DNA of 64,000 nt from an uncultured delta proteobacterium (GCA_963787125.1 CAWBBV010000004.1:64001-128000); one strand, 5' to 3'; shown: positions 40,790 to 52,013, numbered from the stretch's first letter. Translations and numbers: made by a program. The notes: a model not told the origin generated them from the letters alone.

Positions 40790-41809
40790 ATGGCACATCA
40801 TTTGCGCAATATGTTGTTCCTCACCCTGCTGGTCATTGTGAACGGCTGTGCATCCAATTACTACAATGTTCCGCGGGAAACCTTCGAGAAAAAGGTACGG
40901 GTTCTCGGTGTTGCCCCGATCATGCTTGATGCAGATTCGGACATTCGCCATCCTGACAAGGGTGAAATTGTCAAAATTATCCGCGAAGCAAATCGTAAAA
41001 ACGAAAAAGAGCTTGTCGATATTCTTAAAAGTAACGGCGAGTACTTCTCGGTACGCTTTCTCGATGATGAGGCTGACCAACTCTTTGCGACCGTGGTCTC
41101 AAGGCGGGAGCGGCGCGATGATGCCGGAGTTGTTTATAACAAATATTTTTATAAACCCGATGAGCTTAAAAAATATATCGAACGGCACAACATCGATGCA
41201 GTCATGCTGGTAACGGTCAGCGGCATCTCCATGAACGAGAAGATCTACTCCAATAATTTCATGGCGTACCTTGAAGAAAATTACAACAACATGATCATGA
41301 CTTCCCAGATACTTGATTCTGAAGGAACGCTGCTCTGGGAGTACCCGAATTTCCGCCAACGGTTTATCACCTTCTCCCCGTTGTTTGCACTGCAATACCC
41401 TGATTTTGAGGAGGCGCGGGCGAATCTGACCGATCAGGTAAAGATCAAGTACAAGTCGGTGCCAGGAGTAAACCGTGCTTTTACCCGGAGTGAAAGCTCG
41501 TCCGTCAAGGGTTCCAGGCAGGTGTCAGTGCTTTACAATAAGCAGTTTGCTGACATGACCTCTTTCCTGCAGTATTTCCGCAACCCGTTTGAAGATAAGA
41601 AACCTGCCAGGAAAACCGATGCGGCGCCAACCCCTTCAAAAGAAAATGACGGTGCACGTATTCAGTCAGCACCATCTGCAGTGACACAACCGCCTCCGAC
41701 CCCGCTAGCACCGGCAGCAGTACCTGGCAAACCGGCACCGCGCGAATTTGAGCCGGTTAAGCCGCTTGAACCGGGCATACAAGTGATCAAGGAGCCGGAG
41801 ATAAAATAG
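40790..41809 (+). CDS. Hypothetical lipoprotein with a Pro-rich tail
   Basis: Lipobox VNGC; AAGGAG RBS; 339 aa. Confidence 0.8.
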   Translation: MAHHLRNMLFLTLLVIVNGCASNYYNVPRETFEKKVRVLGVAPIMLDADSDIRHPDKGEIVKIIREANRKNEKELVDILKSNGEYFSVRFLDDEADQLFATVVSRRERRDDAGVVYNKYFYKPDELKKYIERHNIDAVMLVTVSGISMNEKIYSNNFMAYLEENYNNMIMTSQILDSEGTLLWEYPNFRQRFITFSPLFALQYPDFEEARANLTDQVKIKYKSVPGVNRAFTRSESSSVKGSRQVSVLYNKQFADMTSFLQYFRNPFEDKKPARKTDAAPTPSKENDGARIQSAPSAVTQPPPTPLAPAAVPGKPAPREFEPVKPLEPGIQVIKEPEIK

Positions 41810-41842
41810 TTTTGGGATGGTGAATCGCTTTAACGTTGGCAG

Positions 41843-41893
41843 AAACCAAAGAGAGCCCCGGCAGATAAGATCTGCCGGGGCTCTCTTTGGTTT
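41843..41893. terminator. Bidirectional terminator-like hairpin between convergent genes
   Basis: AAACCAAAGAGAGCCCCGGCAGAT-AAG-ATCTGCCGGGGCTCTCTTTGGTTT. Confidence 0.85.
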
Positions 41894-41908
41894 AGTTGCG
41901 GGTGAGAA

Positions 41909-42124
41909 TTACTTGGCTGCAGGAGCTGCTGGTGCTTCAGCAGGTTTGGCAGTTTCTTTTTTCTCGGCTTTCTTGACTTTTTTTGCCTTTTTGGCAGGCT
42001 TCTTTCCTTCAGCTTTTACCGGCGGGTGACCTGCAGGCATTGCAGTTGGCTCAGCGGCGAGAACAACACCGGCAAAAGAGAGGGTTACGAGAGTGGCTAC
42101 GATCATGGAGAGTGCTTTTTTCAT
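41909..42124 (-). CDS. Small secreted Lys/Ala/Pro-rich protein
   Basis: Signal peptide ending VLA; MPAGHPP; AAGGAG RBS. Confidence 0.8.
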   Translation of the reverse strand: MKKALSMIVATLVTLSFAGVVLAAEPTAMPAGHPPVKAEGKKPAKKAKKVKKAEKKETAKPAEAPAAPAAK

Positions 42125-42172
42125 TGGGAAGCTCCTTGTATGAGTTTGTTTGTGTTGCGATAATTTCTATAT

Positions 42173-42188
42173 TGCAGGTGCCGTGCCA
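42173..42188 (-). promoter_or_regulatory. Sigma-54 promoter candidate
   Basis: TGGCACGGCACCTGCA, about 50 bp upstream of ATG 42124. Confidence 0.7.
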
Positions 42189-42325
42189 CCAGCCTCACAT
42201 TTCATAAGTGGCTGAAATGCTTGCGCACTAGTTGCAGCGCCTACCCGTCGGCAACAGAAGCTACCCCATTAGAGACAACGCATGCTGCAATTGGGGTATA
42301 TTCCCGGTCCGGCAGACACCTCGCA

Positions 42326-42865
42326 TCACCATTTCATCATGGGGAGCGGATTACGGTGATTAATAAACAGCTCCTTCGTCCCCAGCCGCAGCAGGTTTTT
42401 GTGAAAACCCAAATTCGGAAATGCGCTTTGCACCTGGTGAATAACTTCTATTGCCAAGCCGAATTTTCTGATTCCCAGTGAGGCATCAACCCAGTCACCT
42501 TTTCTAAAGATTTCGACCAGAGGGTACGGACAGTTTTTAACTGTCGTGAGTTTATGATGCTGATCAATCATGGTAGCGATCTCGGCTGCCCACCCTTCCT
42601 TGCCCACTTCGAGCAGATACTTTTTTGCCAACTCAATAGATGGCGCCAGGTAGTCGATAATTCCACCCGGCCAGATACCAAGATCATGGAAACACCCGGC
42701 AATAATCAACTTCTCTTTATCATCCGGGCGGCACTCATGGAAGGCGCAACAGAAGTGCAGCATTCGATAGACGTGGTTTTTGTAAGGCTCAAAATCGCGG
42801 CCAAGCGCCTGCTGCCGGTTGTCAAGAATGCTGTCAAGCAGGGGCAGCCTTGTTTCAATTTTCAT
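42326..42865 (-). CDS. HD domain protein
   Basis: YKNHVYR, FHDLGIW, IDQHHK, FRKGDWVD; start overlaps the lipA stop. Confidence 0.8.
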   Translation of the reverse strand: MKIETRLPLLDSILDNRQQALGRDFEPYKNHVYRMLHFCCAFHECRPDDKEKLIIAGCFHDLGIWPGGIIDYLAPSIELAKKYLLEVGKEGWAAEIATMIDQHHKLTTVKNCPYPLVEIFRKGDWVDASLGIRKFGLAIEVIHQVQSAFPNLGFHKNLLRLGTKELFINHRNPLPMMKW

Positions 42866-43755
42866 TGTTTTCCACCTGAAAAGGTGAAATTGTCATTCTG
42901 CCGCTCAGCGCTGTTCCCGTAGCGATCTGCATGATAAGAACTCCTGACATACGGGGCGCTTTCCACGTGGGAGAAACCGAGCGCCAGAGCTTGGTCCCTA
43001 TAGCGGTCAAACTCGGCAGGTTCGATAAATTCCGCCACCGGATAGTGTTTACGGCTGGGGGCCAGATACTGGCCGATACTGAGATAATTGCAGCCTGTTG
43101 CCCGGATGGCGGCAAGAGTTGAGATGATCTCTGCAGATGATTCGCCGAGTCCCAGCATGATACCGGTTTTTGTCGGGATAGCTGGGGCGATGCTTTTCGC
43201 GGCAATTAGAAGGTCAAGCGAGCGCTGGTAATCGGCACCGGCCCGAATTGAGTAGAGCCTTGGCACTGTTTCGATATTGTGACCGAGAATATCCGGTTTA
43301 GCCTCAAGCACTATCCTTAGGCTCTCAAGCTCTCCCAGAAAATCCGGAATGAGCAGTTCGATGACAGTCGGAGGTGCAGCAGCCCTGATTGCGGCAACAG
43401 TTGCGGCAAAATGCCCGGCGCCGCCGTCAGGCAGATCATCACGGGTGGGGCTGGTGATGACCACATGTTGCAAGGAAAGCTTCAACACGGCTATGGCAAC
43501 CCTTGCCGGTTCAGCTGCGTCGAGCGGCGCCGGCAAACTGGATGACACATTGCAGAAACTGCAGCTACGGGTGCACTCCTTGCCCATAATGAGAAAGGTT
43601 GCCTGTTTCTGGCGAAAACATTCGGAGATATTGGGACAGGAGGCTTCCCGGCAGACCGTGTTGAGCTGCAGCGAAGTGAGCAGGCGGTCCATGTCGGTGT
43701 GCTCTTTTGGGGAGACTTTTTTCTGGAGCCAGTCTGGTTTACGGCGAATCTGCAT
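42862..43755 (-). CDS. lipA: Lipoyl synthase
   Basis: TVCREASCPNISEC, CTRSCSFC, RDDLPDGGA, HNIETV, VRSSYHA. Confidence 0.97.
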   Translation of the reverse strand: MQIRRKPDWLQKKVSPKEHTDMDRLLTSLQLNTVCREASCPNISECFRQKQATFLIMGKECTRSCSFCNVSSSLPAPLDAAEPARVAIAVLKLSLQHVVITSPTRDDLPDGGAGHFAATVAAIRAAAPPTVIELLIPDFLGELESLRIVLEAKPDILGHNIETVPRLYSIRAGADYQRSLDLLIAAKSIAPAIPTKTGIMLGLGESSAEIISTLAAIRATGCNYLSIGQYLAPSRKHYPVAEFIEPAEFDRYRDQALALGFSHVESAPYVRSSYHADRYGNSAERQNDNFTFSGGKQ

Positions 43756-43966
43756 TTTTCTCCATAAGTGGTTGGGTGTAATTTACCTGCCGGAACTGTA
43801 CCCAAAAATAACACAACCATGCCGTAGAGAAAAGAGCTGTTCGCACTTACCCAATTAGTGGTAAATATAAGTATATAAAAACTGTTGCCCGATATAATTT
43901 TTAGTTTACAATCATCTGCGCTATAAACTTTTCTCCTCCTTGATTCATAACTAACGGAGCGTTGCA

Positions 43967-45838
43967 ATGTTAATATCCCGCTCGAATTATTCGCCTCTAT
44001 TCCTCCCCATTTTCCTTTTAGCATTATTGACCTTTTCAACCCAGGCTGTTGCAGCAGAGCTTGAAGACGGGCTTTCCGCCTATCGCCGGGCTGACTATGT
44101 GACCGCTCTCAAGCTGCTGCTGCCGCTTGCGGAGGGGGGTGGCGCCGATGCCAGCTTCAGGGTTGCAGAGATATATTACAACGGTTTCGGTGTGCCAAAA
44201 GATACTCTCCAGGCGTTCAAATGGGCTAAAATTGCCGCTGACCAGGGGAACGGCAGCGCCCTGCGAAGAGTGGCAACGCTTTATGAGGCAGGCAATTCCG
44301 TCGCAAAGGATTTGACAGAAGCAAAACGCCTTTACAGCGAAGCTCTTGTCAAACTCCGCCTGGGGGCTGAGCAGGGAGATGACCAAGCCGAGTATGATCT
44401 GGCGAGGATGCTGGAATTCGGCGATGGTGTGGCTAAAAATCCGGCAGAAGCTTTCGTCTGGTTCACCAGGGCGGCAGAGCATGGCAACGTTGTCGCCCAG
44501 AATAATCTCGGCTGGAAATATGCCAATGGCAGTACGGTGCCGAAAAATGAACTGCAGGCCGTCTACTGGTATAACAGGGCCGCCGGGCAGGGGAGCCCGA
44601 GTGCGAAGCTTGGACTTGACAAACTGAAAGCGGTCGGCTGCACAGTCACGCTTCAGGAAGCGGAAACGTTTTACAACCAGCGCCGCTCAGCTGAAAGAGG
44701 GGATATTACTGCCCAGTATAATCTGGGCTGGATGTACGACAATGGCCGTGAAGGCTTGAAAAATGAAGCTGAAGCGGTCTATTGGTATAAAAAGGCTGCA
44801 GAAAAAGGTAACAGTGCGGCACAACTTAACCTTGGCAATATGTATTCTAACGGTCGTGGCGCTGTTAAGGATGAAACGGAAGCTCTTTACTGGTATCGCA
44901 AGGCGGCCGAGGACGGCAATGCCGCGGCACAGACCAACCTTGCCATCATGTTTGCCGGCGGCAGAGGCACAGTAAAAGATGAGCTGCGGGCATTCTTCTG
45001 GTATAAAAAGGCCGCCGAGCAGGGGAATATGATGGCTCAGGCCAACCTTGGGTGGATGTACGCCAATGGCAGCGGGACTGACAAAGATGCAGCGCAGGCG
45101 CTGAACTGGTATCGCAAGGCAGCCGAAAAAGGCGATGTGGCCGCTTCATACAACCTGGGCTGGATGTATGACAACGGTAGTGGTGTTGAGAAAGATGACT
45201 CAGCTGCTTTTTCCTGGTACTTAAAGGCGGCTGAAAAAGGTAACGCAGCTGCACAGGGGAATCTTGGCCTCATGTATTCTAATGGTCGGGGTACTGCAAA
45301 GAATCTGACCCAGGCGCTGCTCTGGCTGAAGAAGGCTGCTGCGCAGGGAGACCCGGTTGCCCAGACAAATCTTGGCTGGCTGTATGAGAATGGCGATGAC
45401 CAGATCCGAAACGAGGCTGAAGCAGTTATCTGGTATCTTAAAGGTGCTGAACAGGGGAATGTCATTGCTCAGGCGAATCTGGGGAATATGTACGCCAATG
45501 GCCGAGGTACGTCCCAGAATGAGACAAAAGCCTTTGTCTGGCTGCTGAAAGCGGCGGCAAAAGGTAACGCTGCGGCGCAAAACAATATCGGCCTTATGTA
45601 TGCTGGCGGCAAAGGGGTTGAGAAGAACGAGGTGACAGCTGCATCCTGGTATCTGAAGGCGGCGGCACAAGGTAATCCGCAGGCTTTGACGAATCTTGGC
45701 TACATGTATGAAAACGGCAGTGGTGTCGTCAAAAATGAACCGGAAGCGATCAAGTGCTATGAAAAGGCTGCCGGGCTGGGGTATCAGGACGCCAAATTTG
45801 CACTGGACAGGTTGACCGCAACTAAAACGGTCAAGTAG
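43967..45838 (+). CDS. Secreted Sel1-like repeat (SLR) protein
   Basis: Signal peptide; many 36-aa AQxNLGxMYxNGxG...WYxKAAxxG repeats. Confidence 0.95.
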   Translation: MLISRSNYSPLFLPIFLLALLTFSTQAVAAELEDGLSAYRRADYVTALKLLLPLAEGGGADASFRVAEIYYNGFGVPKDTLQAFKWAKIAADQGNGSALRRVATLYEAGNSVAKDLTEAKRLYSEALVKLRLGAEQGDDQAEYDLARMLEFGDGVAKNPAEAFVWFTRAAEHGNVVAQNNLGWKYANGSTVPKNELQAVYWYNRAAGQGSPSAKLGLDKLKAVGCTVTLQEAETFYNQRRSAERGDITAQYNLGWMYDNGREGLKNEAEAVYWYKKAAEKGNSAAQLNLGNMYSNGRGAVKDETEALYWYRKAAEDGNAAAQTNLAIMFAGGRGTVKDELRAFFWYKKAAEQGNMMAQANLGWMYANGSGTDKDAAQALNWYRKAAEKGDVAASYNLGWMYDNGSGVEKDDSAAFSWYLKAAEKGNAAAQGNLGLMYSNGRGTAKNLTQALLWLKKAAAQGDPVAQTNLGWLYENGDDQIRNEAEAVIWYLKGAEQGNVIAQANLGNMYANGRGTSQNETKAFVWLLKAAAKGNAAAQNNIGLMYAGGKGVEKNEVTAASWYLKAAAQGNPQALTNLGYMYENGSGVVKNEPEAIKCYEKAAGLGYQDAKFALDRLTATKTVK

Positions 45839-45850
45839 ACAGGGAATTTT

Positions 45851-47488
45851 ATGGGCCATGAATTCAAGCCGCGCAAGGTTTATGTAGCTGCATCGTGGAT
45901 GGCTCCCGTGGGGAGATATAGCGGTAGCGAGCGGGAAAAGCTCTCATTTCTACAGATGGCTGCCAAGGCTGCAACCGTCTTTGGCGAAACCACCATCAAA
46001 CAAAAAGATATCGAGGCGGTAATTGTCGGCTGCCAGAACCCGGTTGCCTTCTCGGGAGTTGACAACACGGCGGCAAAGGTCTCGGGGGTGCTTGGAATCT
46101 CCGGGGCCAAATCGGTACTGATTGATACCGCGTCCTCATCAGGTGCTTCTGCTGTGGAGTATGCCTATCTGCAGGTCGCTTCCGGGCGCTGCGACAATGT
46201 TCTGGCTATCGGCATCCAGAAGATGAGCGATGCCTCGACACCGGAAGCAACGAGGATCGTGGCAGGCGTCATCGACCGTGATGAGGCAGAGTACGGACTG
46301 TCAATGCCGGCCTGCGGAGCGTTGGTGGCGAGATCACTCATTGAGAGACTGAAACTCTCTCCCGACGAATGGACAGCGTTTTCTGCCCTCCTGACCCAGA
46401 GAGCGCACGGTTTTGCGGCCAGAAACCCTGATGCCCACCTCAACTTCGAGCTGCCGATGACTGAATACTACCGGCAGATTGCCAGCGGCAAAAACTACCT
46501 TTACTGGTCGCCTCTCCGCCTGCACGATTTTTGCCCCATGTCTGACGGCGTTGCCTGCATTATCCTGACCTCCAAACCCCATGAAGTCCTTGTTTCAGGA
46601 GTCGGCAGTGCGACCGACATCCCGACTATTGCCGATCGACTCTATTTCCACTCTTTTCCGGCCACAGTCCGGGCTGCGGCAGAAGCCTACGGCATGGCCG
46701 GGATCAAAGATATCAGGAGCTTTGCCGGGGCTCTGCATGTAAACATGCACGACCCTTTCAACGGTTTCGGGCCGATCAACATGGTCGATCTGGGGCTTGT
46801 GCCCCAATCTAAAATTATTACGGCTCTGCTTGAAGACTCGATTACCGGTGAGCGCGGTATGTTCCCGACTAATCTTACCGGCGGCCTGAAGGGACGCGGC
46901 CACCCTCTTGGGGCAACCGGCATGATTCAGGTTGTGGAAAACCACCAGATGCTGTTGACGAGGCGTTTTAAGGCCGGACTTTCCCATTCCATCGGCGGCC
47001 CGATCAATAATAACGTCGTCATCCTGCTTGAGCGGAGTGAAAGCTACGCCGCCCGCAACCCTAAATTATTCAAACCGTGGGGGATGCCAGCCCTTGGCCG
47101 CCTAAAACCTGCCGACATAGTGCTGGAGAAAATTATCGGTGATGATGGGCTGGAAGGCTCCTTTGTCACTGCAACTACCCGCTTCGATCACAGAAGCGGC
47201 GCAGCCCTTAATTCGATTCTGCTTGTCTCCTGCCCGACTGCCGCCGGTAAATTCAATTTTCTCTTCGGGATTGGCGGCGAACATTACGCTGCAGTCAGCC
47301 TGTTGAAAAAAGGTGAACGGGTAAATCTTGAAAAATCCGAAGGGACGTTCCTGGTCAACCGGATGCCTGCCAGGAGACTGTATCAGCGAACTCTGGCCGG
47401 CCTTGTCGAGATGGCCGGGACGGGGTGGCGCAAGCTGACGGGTCGAAACATGATAAACGGAAAAACTCCGAATAATCCCCCCGAATAG
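45851..47488 (+). CDS. Thiolase-like protein (SCP2/SCP-x type) with a C-terminal extension
   Basis: CPMSDGVA, HDPF, NLTGGLKGRGHPLGATG; the nucleophile position reads TASSSGA. Confidence 0.8.
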   Translation: MGHEFKPRKVYVAASWMAPVGRYSGSEREKLSFLQMAAKAATVFGETTIKQKDIEAVIVGCQNPVAFSGVDNTAAKVSGVLGISGAKSVLIDTASSSGASAVEYAYLQVASGRCDNVLAIGIQKMSDASTPEATRIVAGVIDRDEAEYGLSMPACGALVARSLIERLKLSPDEWTAFSALLTQRAHGFAARNPDAHLNFELPMTEYYRQIASGKNYLYWSPLRLHDFCPMSDGVACIILTSKPHEVLVSGVGSATDIPTIADRLYFHSFPATVRAAAEAYGMAGIKDIRSFAGALHVNMHDPFNGFGPINMVDLGLVPQSKIITALLEDSITGERGMFPTNLTGGLKGRGHPLGATGMIQVVENHQMLLTRRFKAGLSHSIGGPINNNVVILLERSESYAARNPKLFKPWGMPALGRLKPADIVLEKIIGDDGLEGSFVTATTRFDHRSGAALNSILLVSCPTAAGKFNFLFGIGGEHYAAVSLLKKGERVNLEKSEGTFLVNRMPARRLYQRTLAGLVEMAGTGWRKLTGRNMINGKTPNNPPE

Positions 47489-47591
47489 ATTTACAAAAGC
47501 GCCTATATGGCTTAAAGTGATCAACCTCTAAAAATCGTGATACTGACTCACAGTTTTCGCGGAAAACGGTTTTTTTTACAGGAGCGTTTCA

Positions 47592-48680
47592 ATGGAACAG
47601 CTTAAAAGCACCCCTCTTGCTTCACATCACCGCGCGCTTGGCGCGCTGATGGCTCCTTTCGGCGGGTGGGACATGCCGATCCAGTACGAAGGGATCATTG
47701 CCGAACATCGCGCCTGCCGGCAGCAGGCAGCTCTTTTCGATATCTGTCACATGGGCGAGTTCATCTTCAGCGGGGATATCGCTCTGGATGGGCTTGAAGA
47801 CGTCTTTACGTTTTCCGTGCTGACAATTCCGCCTGGCCGCTCCCGCTACGGCTTCCTTTTGAACGAAGCCGGCGGAATCATCGACGACCTGATAGTTTTT
47901 CGCCTGGCGGAAGACAAAGTTATGATTGTCGTTAACGCCGCCACGGCAGGCAACGATTTTGAAGTCATAAAGAGCCGTCTGAAAGGGGGCATACTGGAAG
48001 ATGTGACCGCTCAGACCGGCAAACTTGACCTGCAGGGACCGCTTGCCCGCGAAGTCATGGGGAGACTCTTTGAACCGGCGGTCTGTAATCTGCCCTACTT
48101 CAAGTTTACCAAAGCTCAAATCCTCGGGTTTGAAGCAATTGTCAGCCGTACCGGTTATACCGGTGAACTCGGTTTCGAGATTTTCATTCCGGCAGAAAAG
48201 ATCCCTGAACTGTGGGAACTGATCCTCAGCGATGACCGGGTCAAACCGGCCGGCCTTGGCAGCCGCGATCTTTTGCGACTGGAAGTTGGTTACAGTCTCT
48301 ACGGCAGCGACCTGAGTGAGACCATAACGCCGCTTGAAGCCGGTCTTGAGAGTTTTGTCAATTTCGAGAAAAACTTTGTTGGTAAGGATGCGCTTGTGAA
48401 GCTGAAGCAGAATGGCCTTACCAGAGTCAAGGTCCCGTTTAAAGTCTCTTCACGCCGCTCGCCACGCCATGATTACACCATTGCCAGCGGCAGTGATGCT
48501 GTCGGCGTTGTGACCAGTGGCGCTTTTTCGCCGATGCTCGGCTGCGGTATCGGTATAGGTTTTGTGCCGCCACAGTTGGCGGTGCCGGGAACAGCGCTGA
48601 CAATCGGCCACGACAGGGTGTCCATGGATGCAGAAGTTTGTCAGTTGCCTTTCTTTAAAGGCGGATCGCTGCGCAGTTGA
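47592..48680 (+). CDS. gcvT: Glycine cleavage system aminomethyltransferase T
   Basis: FGGWDMPIQY, FDICHMGE, SRTGYTGELGFE, RDLLRLE. Confidence 0.97.
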   Translation: MEQLKSTPLASHHRALGALMAPFGGWDMPIQYEGIIAEHRACRQQAALFDICHMGEFIFSGDIALDGLEDVFTFSVLTIPPGRSRYGFLLNEAGGIIDDLIVFRLAEDKVMIVVNAATAGNDFEVIKSRLKGGILEDVTAQTGKLDLQGPLAREVMGRLFEPAVCNLPYFKFTKAQILGFEAIVSRTGYTGELGFEIFIPAEKIPELWELILSDDRVKPAGLGSRDLLRLEVGYSLYGSDLSETITPLEAGLESFVNFEKNFVGKDALVKLKQNGLTRVKVPFKVSSRRSPRHDYTIASGSDAVGVVTSGAFSPMLGCGIGIGFVPPQLAVPGTALTIGHDRVSMDAEVCQLPFFKGGSLRS

Positions 48681-48733
48681 AAAAATAGGGTCGGAAGTCA
48701 GAATAAAGAAAAGAATTTTGGAGGAGTTAATTC

Positions 48734-49105
48734 ATGGAGTATTTTTTCACAAAAGAGCACGAATGGGTCAAGATCAGCGGTACAACCGCAACAGTCGGCA
48801 TCAGTGATCATGCAGCGCATGAACTTGGCGACGTTACTTTCGTTGAGCTGCCACAGGTCGGCAAAACAGTAAAGCAGTTCGAGACGCTGGCAGCGATTGA
48901 ATCCGTCAAAGCAGCCAGCGACATCTATTCACCTGTCTCTGGCAAGGTGATCGCTGTAAACGAGACCCTTGAAAGCACTCCTGAGGTGGTTAATGAGTCA
49001 GCCGAAGAGTCAGGCTGGATCTGCGTCCTTGAAGTTGCCGGGTCAGATGAACTTGCCAACCTCATGAACAGAAGTGCATACGAGGAATATCTCAAAAATC
49101 ACTGA
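48734..49105 (+). CDS. gcvH: Glycine cleavage system H protein
   Basis: TKEHEWV, IESVKAASDIYSPVSG lipoyl-Lys motif. Confidence 0.98.
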   Translation: MEYFFTKEHEWVKISGTTATVGISDHAAHELGDVTFVELPQVGKTVKQFETLAAIESVKAASDIYSPVSGKVIAVNETLESTPEVVNESAEESGWICVLEVAGSDELANLMNRSAYEEYLKNH

Positions 49106-49197
49106 ATCTATCATGCGGGAGCTGAGAACTGTGAAGATGCTTCTGATCCCTGATCCCGCAGTCAGGTTTTACAATTCCCGCTTTTAAGGAAAATACA

Positions 49198-50538
49198 ATG
49201 AGCTACTGTCCCAATACAGAAAACGAACAGCGGGAAATGCTCGCCGTCATTGGCGCTGCGTCCGTAGAAGAGCTGTTTACTGCAATTCCTGCCCCCTTGC
49301 GAGCCAAGAGCTTTGAGCTCCCTGCCGGGATGTCTGAGTTTGAACTCTTTGACAGAATGAAGGCGCTCGCCGGAGCTAATGCCGGCGATACACTGAATTT
49401 CATCGGTGGCGGCTTTTACGACCATATCATCCCTGCAGCCGTTGATCACCTTTCCGGCAGGGCTGAGTTCTATACCGCCTATACACCCTATCAGCCGGAA
49501 TGTTCACAGGGGACACTCCAGGCGCTTTTCGAATACCAGACTGCCATCTGCCGTTTGACTGGGCTGGACGTCTCCAACGCCTCTCTTTATGACGGCGCCA
49601 CTGCCTGCGCAGAAGCGGCGATGATGGCTCTGCGGGTGACCGGCAGAAACAGAATCATCGTTGACGCTTCGGTCAGCCCCTTCTCACGGCAGGTCCTGAA
49701 AACATATCTCTTTAATCTTGATATTGACATTATTGAGATCCAACCGGTTGACGCAGCGCTGGACAGAGATGAATTAAGCCGCCTGCTTGACGACACTGTA
49801 GCCGGAGTTCTCGTCCAGAATCCGAACTTCTTTGGCACTGTTGAAGATTTTACAGCTGTTGCCGCAGCAGCCCACGCCAAAGGGGCGCTCCTGATCGCCT
49901 CTGTCTACCCGATTTCACTCGGCATGCTCAAATCGCCCGGCGAGATGGGGGTGGATATTGCTATTGGTGACGGCCAGAGTCTCGGTAATCCGCTCTGCTT
50001 CGGTGGACCGTCCTTCGGCTTCATAGCCGCTAGAAAAACCTTCATCAGAAATATGCCCGGTAGAATTGTCGGCGAAACCGTTGACAAAAACGGTAAACGC
50101 GGCTTTGTTCTGACCCTGCAGGCGCGGGAGCAGCATATCAAACGCCACAAAGCGACCTCCAACATCTGCAGCAACCAGGGCCTCTGCGCTCTGCGCGGAC
50201 TTATCTTCCTTTCCCTGATCGGCAAAGAAGGCCTCGTTGAACTGGCCGCCCAGAACCGTGACAAGGCAGAGTACGCCAAAACCCGCCTGGCAGCAATTCC
50301 CGGCGTCAGGCTGCTGCAGTCAGCTCCGACTTTTAACGAGTTCACGATTACTCTGCCAAAATCTTCCCCGCCGATAGTTTCAGCTCTCCTGAAGAAAGGC
50401 TTTGCTGCCGGTGTGCCGGCTGGTGACTACTATAAAGGGCTTGAAAACGGTCTTATTGTGACCGTTACCGAGAAACGGTCGAAAAGTGAGATTGACCGCT
50501 TTGCCCAGGCGCTGCAGGAGGTGCTTCAATGCAACTGA
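49198..50538 (+). CDS. gcvPA: Glycine dehydrogenase subunit 1
   Basis: [41 protein letters not shown]. Confidence 0.97.
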   Translation: MSYCPNTENEQREMLAVIGAASVEELFTAIPAPLRAKSFELPAGMSEFELFDRMKALAGANAGDTLNFIGGGFYDHIIPAAVDHLSGRAEFYTAYTPYQPECSQGTLQALFEYQTAICRLTGLDVSNASLYDGATACAEAAMMALRVTGRNRIIVDASVSPFSRQVLKTYLFNLDIDIIEIQPVDAALDRDELSRLLDDTVAGVLVQNPNFFGTVEDFTAVAAAAHAKGALLIASVYPISLGMLKSPGEMGVDIAIGDGQSLGNPLCFGGPSFGFIAARKTFIRNMPGRIVGETVDKNGKRGFVLTLQAREQHIKRHKATSNICSNQGLCALRGLIFLSLIGKEGLVELAAQNRDKAEYAKTRLAAIPGVRLLQSAPTFNEFTITLPKSSPPIVSALLKKGFAAGVPAGDYYKGLENGLIVTVTEKRSKSEIDRFAQALQEVLQCN

Positions 50539-51977
50539 TCTATGAGAAATCGATACCTGGGCGTCTCGGGGTAAAACTACCCGCCTCCGATGTTGCTGTT
50601 GCCGCTCCGCTTCCTCAAGGGCTTCTTCGCAAAGAGGCCGCGGCTTTGCCGGAGATATCCGAACTGGATGCCGTGCGTCATTTTACCAATCTATCCCGCC
50701 GCAACTTTTCGGTAGATACGAACTTCTACCCGCTCGGCTCCTGTACCATGAAATACAACGCCAAAATATTGGAAAACGCCGCAACACTTTTTGCGCCGTT
50801 CCACCCAATGACGGCCCTTTTGCCGGGCGGTGAGGCGTTCTGTCAGGGGACGCTCGGAATGCTGCAGGATCTCGGGAGCCTGTTGGCAGAGATCACCGGC
50901 ATGGATGAAGTGACGACCCAGCCTTTGGCGGGCGCCCACGGCGAGATGACCGGGATACTCCTGATTGCCGCCTACCATGCCGCTAAAGGGAACAAGGCCA
51001 AGAAGCGCTACGTCGTTGTCCCTGACTCGTCCCATGGGACGAATCCTGCTTCCGCAGCTATTGCCGGTTACGAGATCATAACCATTCCCACTGCTCCGTA
51101 CGGCGACATGGATCTGGAGCTGTTCAAAAAGGCGATGAGCGATGAAGTGGCAGCAGTCATGATGACCTGTCCCAACACCCTTGGGCTCTTCAACCCACAT
51201 ATTAAAGAGATTGCCGATATTGCCCACTCCCATGATGCCCTCATGTATTACGACGGCGCCAACCTTAACGCCATTATGGGAAAGGTTAAGCCGGGCGATG
51301 TGGGCTTCGATGTCATCCATGTGAATCTTCACAAAACCTTTGGCACCCCCCACGGCGGCGGCGGACCCGGTTCCGGGCCGGTCGGGGTGAAGAAGTCGCT
51401 GATTCCGTTTCTCCCCTCCCCGCGCATCATCAAAAACGGCAGCGGCAAACTCTCCATCGAAAGCGACAATGGCGCCAGCATCGGTCGTACCGCCAGTTTC
51501 TTCGGCAACTTCGGTGTCATGGTCAAGGCGTACGCCTACATCATTATGCTCGGCAAAGCCGGACTGATTGAAGTCTCTGAACAGGCCGTCCTCAATGCCA
51601 ACTATATCAAGGAGCGGCTCAAAGCCTACTACGACCTCCCCTACGACGTGACCTGCATGCATGAATGTGTTTTTTCCGCTGCAAAACAGGCCGCAAACGG
51701 CGTCCATGCGATCGATATCGCCAAGTTCCTCATTGACAAGGGGTATCATCCGCCGACCGTCTATTTCCCTCTGATTGTCAAAGAGGCGATCATGATCGAA
51801 CCGACCGAAACCGAAAGCAAGGCAACAATGGACGCTTTTATCGAGATCATGATCGAAGCGGCCAAGCTGGCAGAAAGCAATCCGGGAGCATTTGCCGCCA
51901 TGCCGGTCACCATGCCGGTGACCAGGCTTGACGAAACAAAGGCGGCACGCGAGCAGAAGATCTGCTGCATTGACTGA
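50529..51977 (+). CDS. gcvPB: Glycine dehydrogenase subunit 2
   Basis: [42 protein letters not shown]. Confidence 0.97.
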   Translation: MQLIYEKSIPGRLGVKLPASDVAVAAPLPQGLLRKEAAALPEISELDAVRHFTNLSRRNFSVDTNFYPLGSCTMKYNAKILENAATLFAPFHPMTALLPGGEAFCQGTLGMLQDLGSLLAEITGMDEVTTQPLAGAHGEMTGILLIAAYHAAKGNKAKKRYVVVPDSSHGTNPASAAIAGYEIITIPTAPYGDMDLELFKKAMSDEVAAVMMTCPNTLGLFNPHIKEIADIAHSHDALMYYDGANLNAIMGKVKPGDVGFDVIHVNLHKTFGTPHGGGGPGSGPVGVKKSLIPFLPSPRIIKNGSGKLSIESDNGASIGRTASFFGNFGVMVKAYAYIIMLGKAGLIEVSEQAVLNANYIKERLKAYYDLPYDVTCMHECVFSAAKQAANGVHAIDIAKFLIDKGYHPPTVYFPLIVKEAIMIEPTETESKATMDAFIEIMIEAAKLAESNPGAFAAMPVTMPVTRLDETKAAREQKICCID

Positions 51978-52013
51978 AGTCGAGTTTATCTTAACCGGTA
52001 AGAACTGATAAGT

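Noticed and set aside
43838..43866. dif/Xer-like site TGTTCGCACTT-ACCCAA-TTAGTGGTAAAT
   Set aside because: The XerC arm lacks ATAA and the XerD arm has an extra base; likely chance in an AT-rich divergent promoter region.
43967..45838. 108-bp periodicity as a DNA repeat array
   Set aside because: Fully explained by Sel1-like protein repeats.
47489..47591. Glycine riboswitch upstream of gcvT
   Set aside because: Only about 100 bp and lacks the GGAGA...CCGAAG...CTCTCAGG aptamer motifs.
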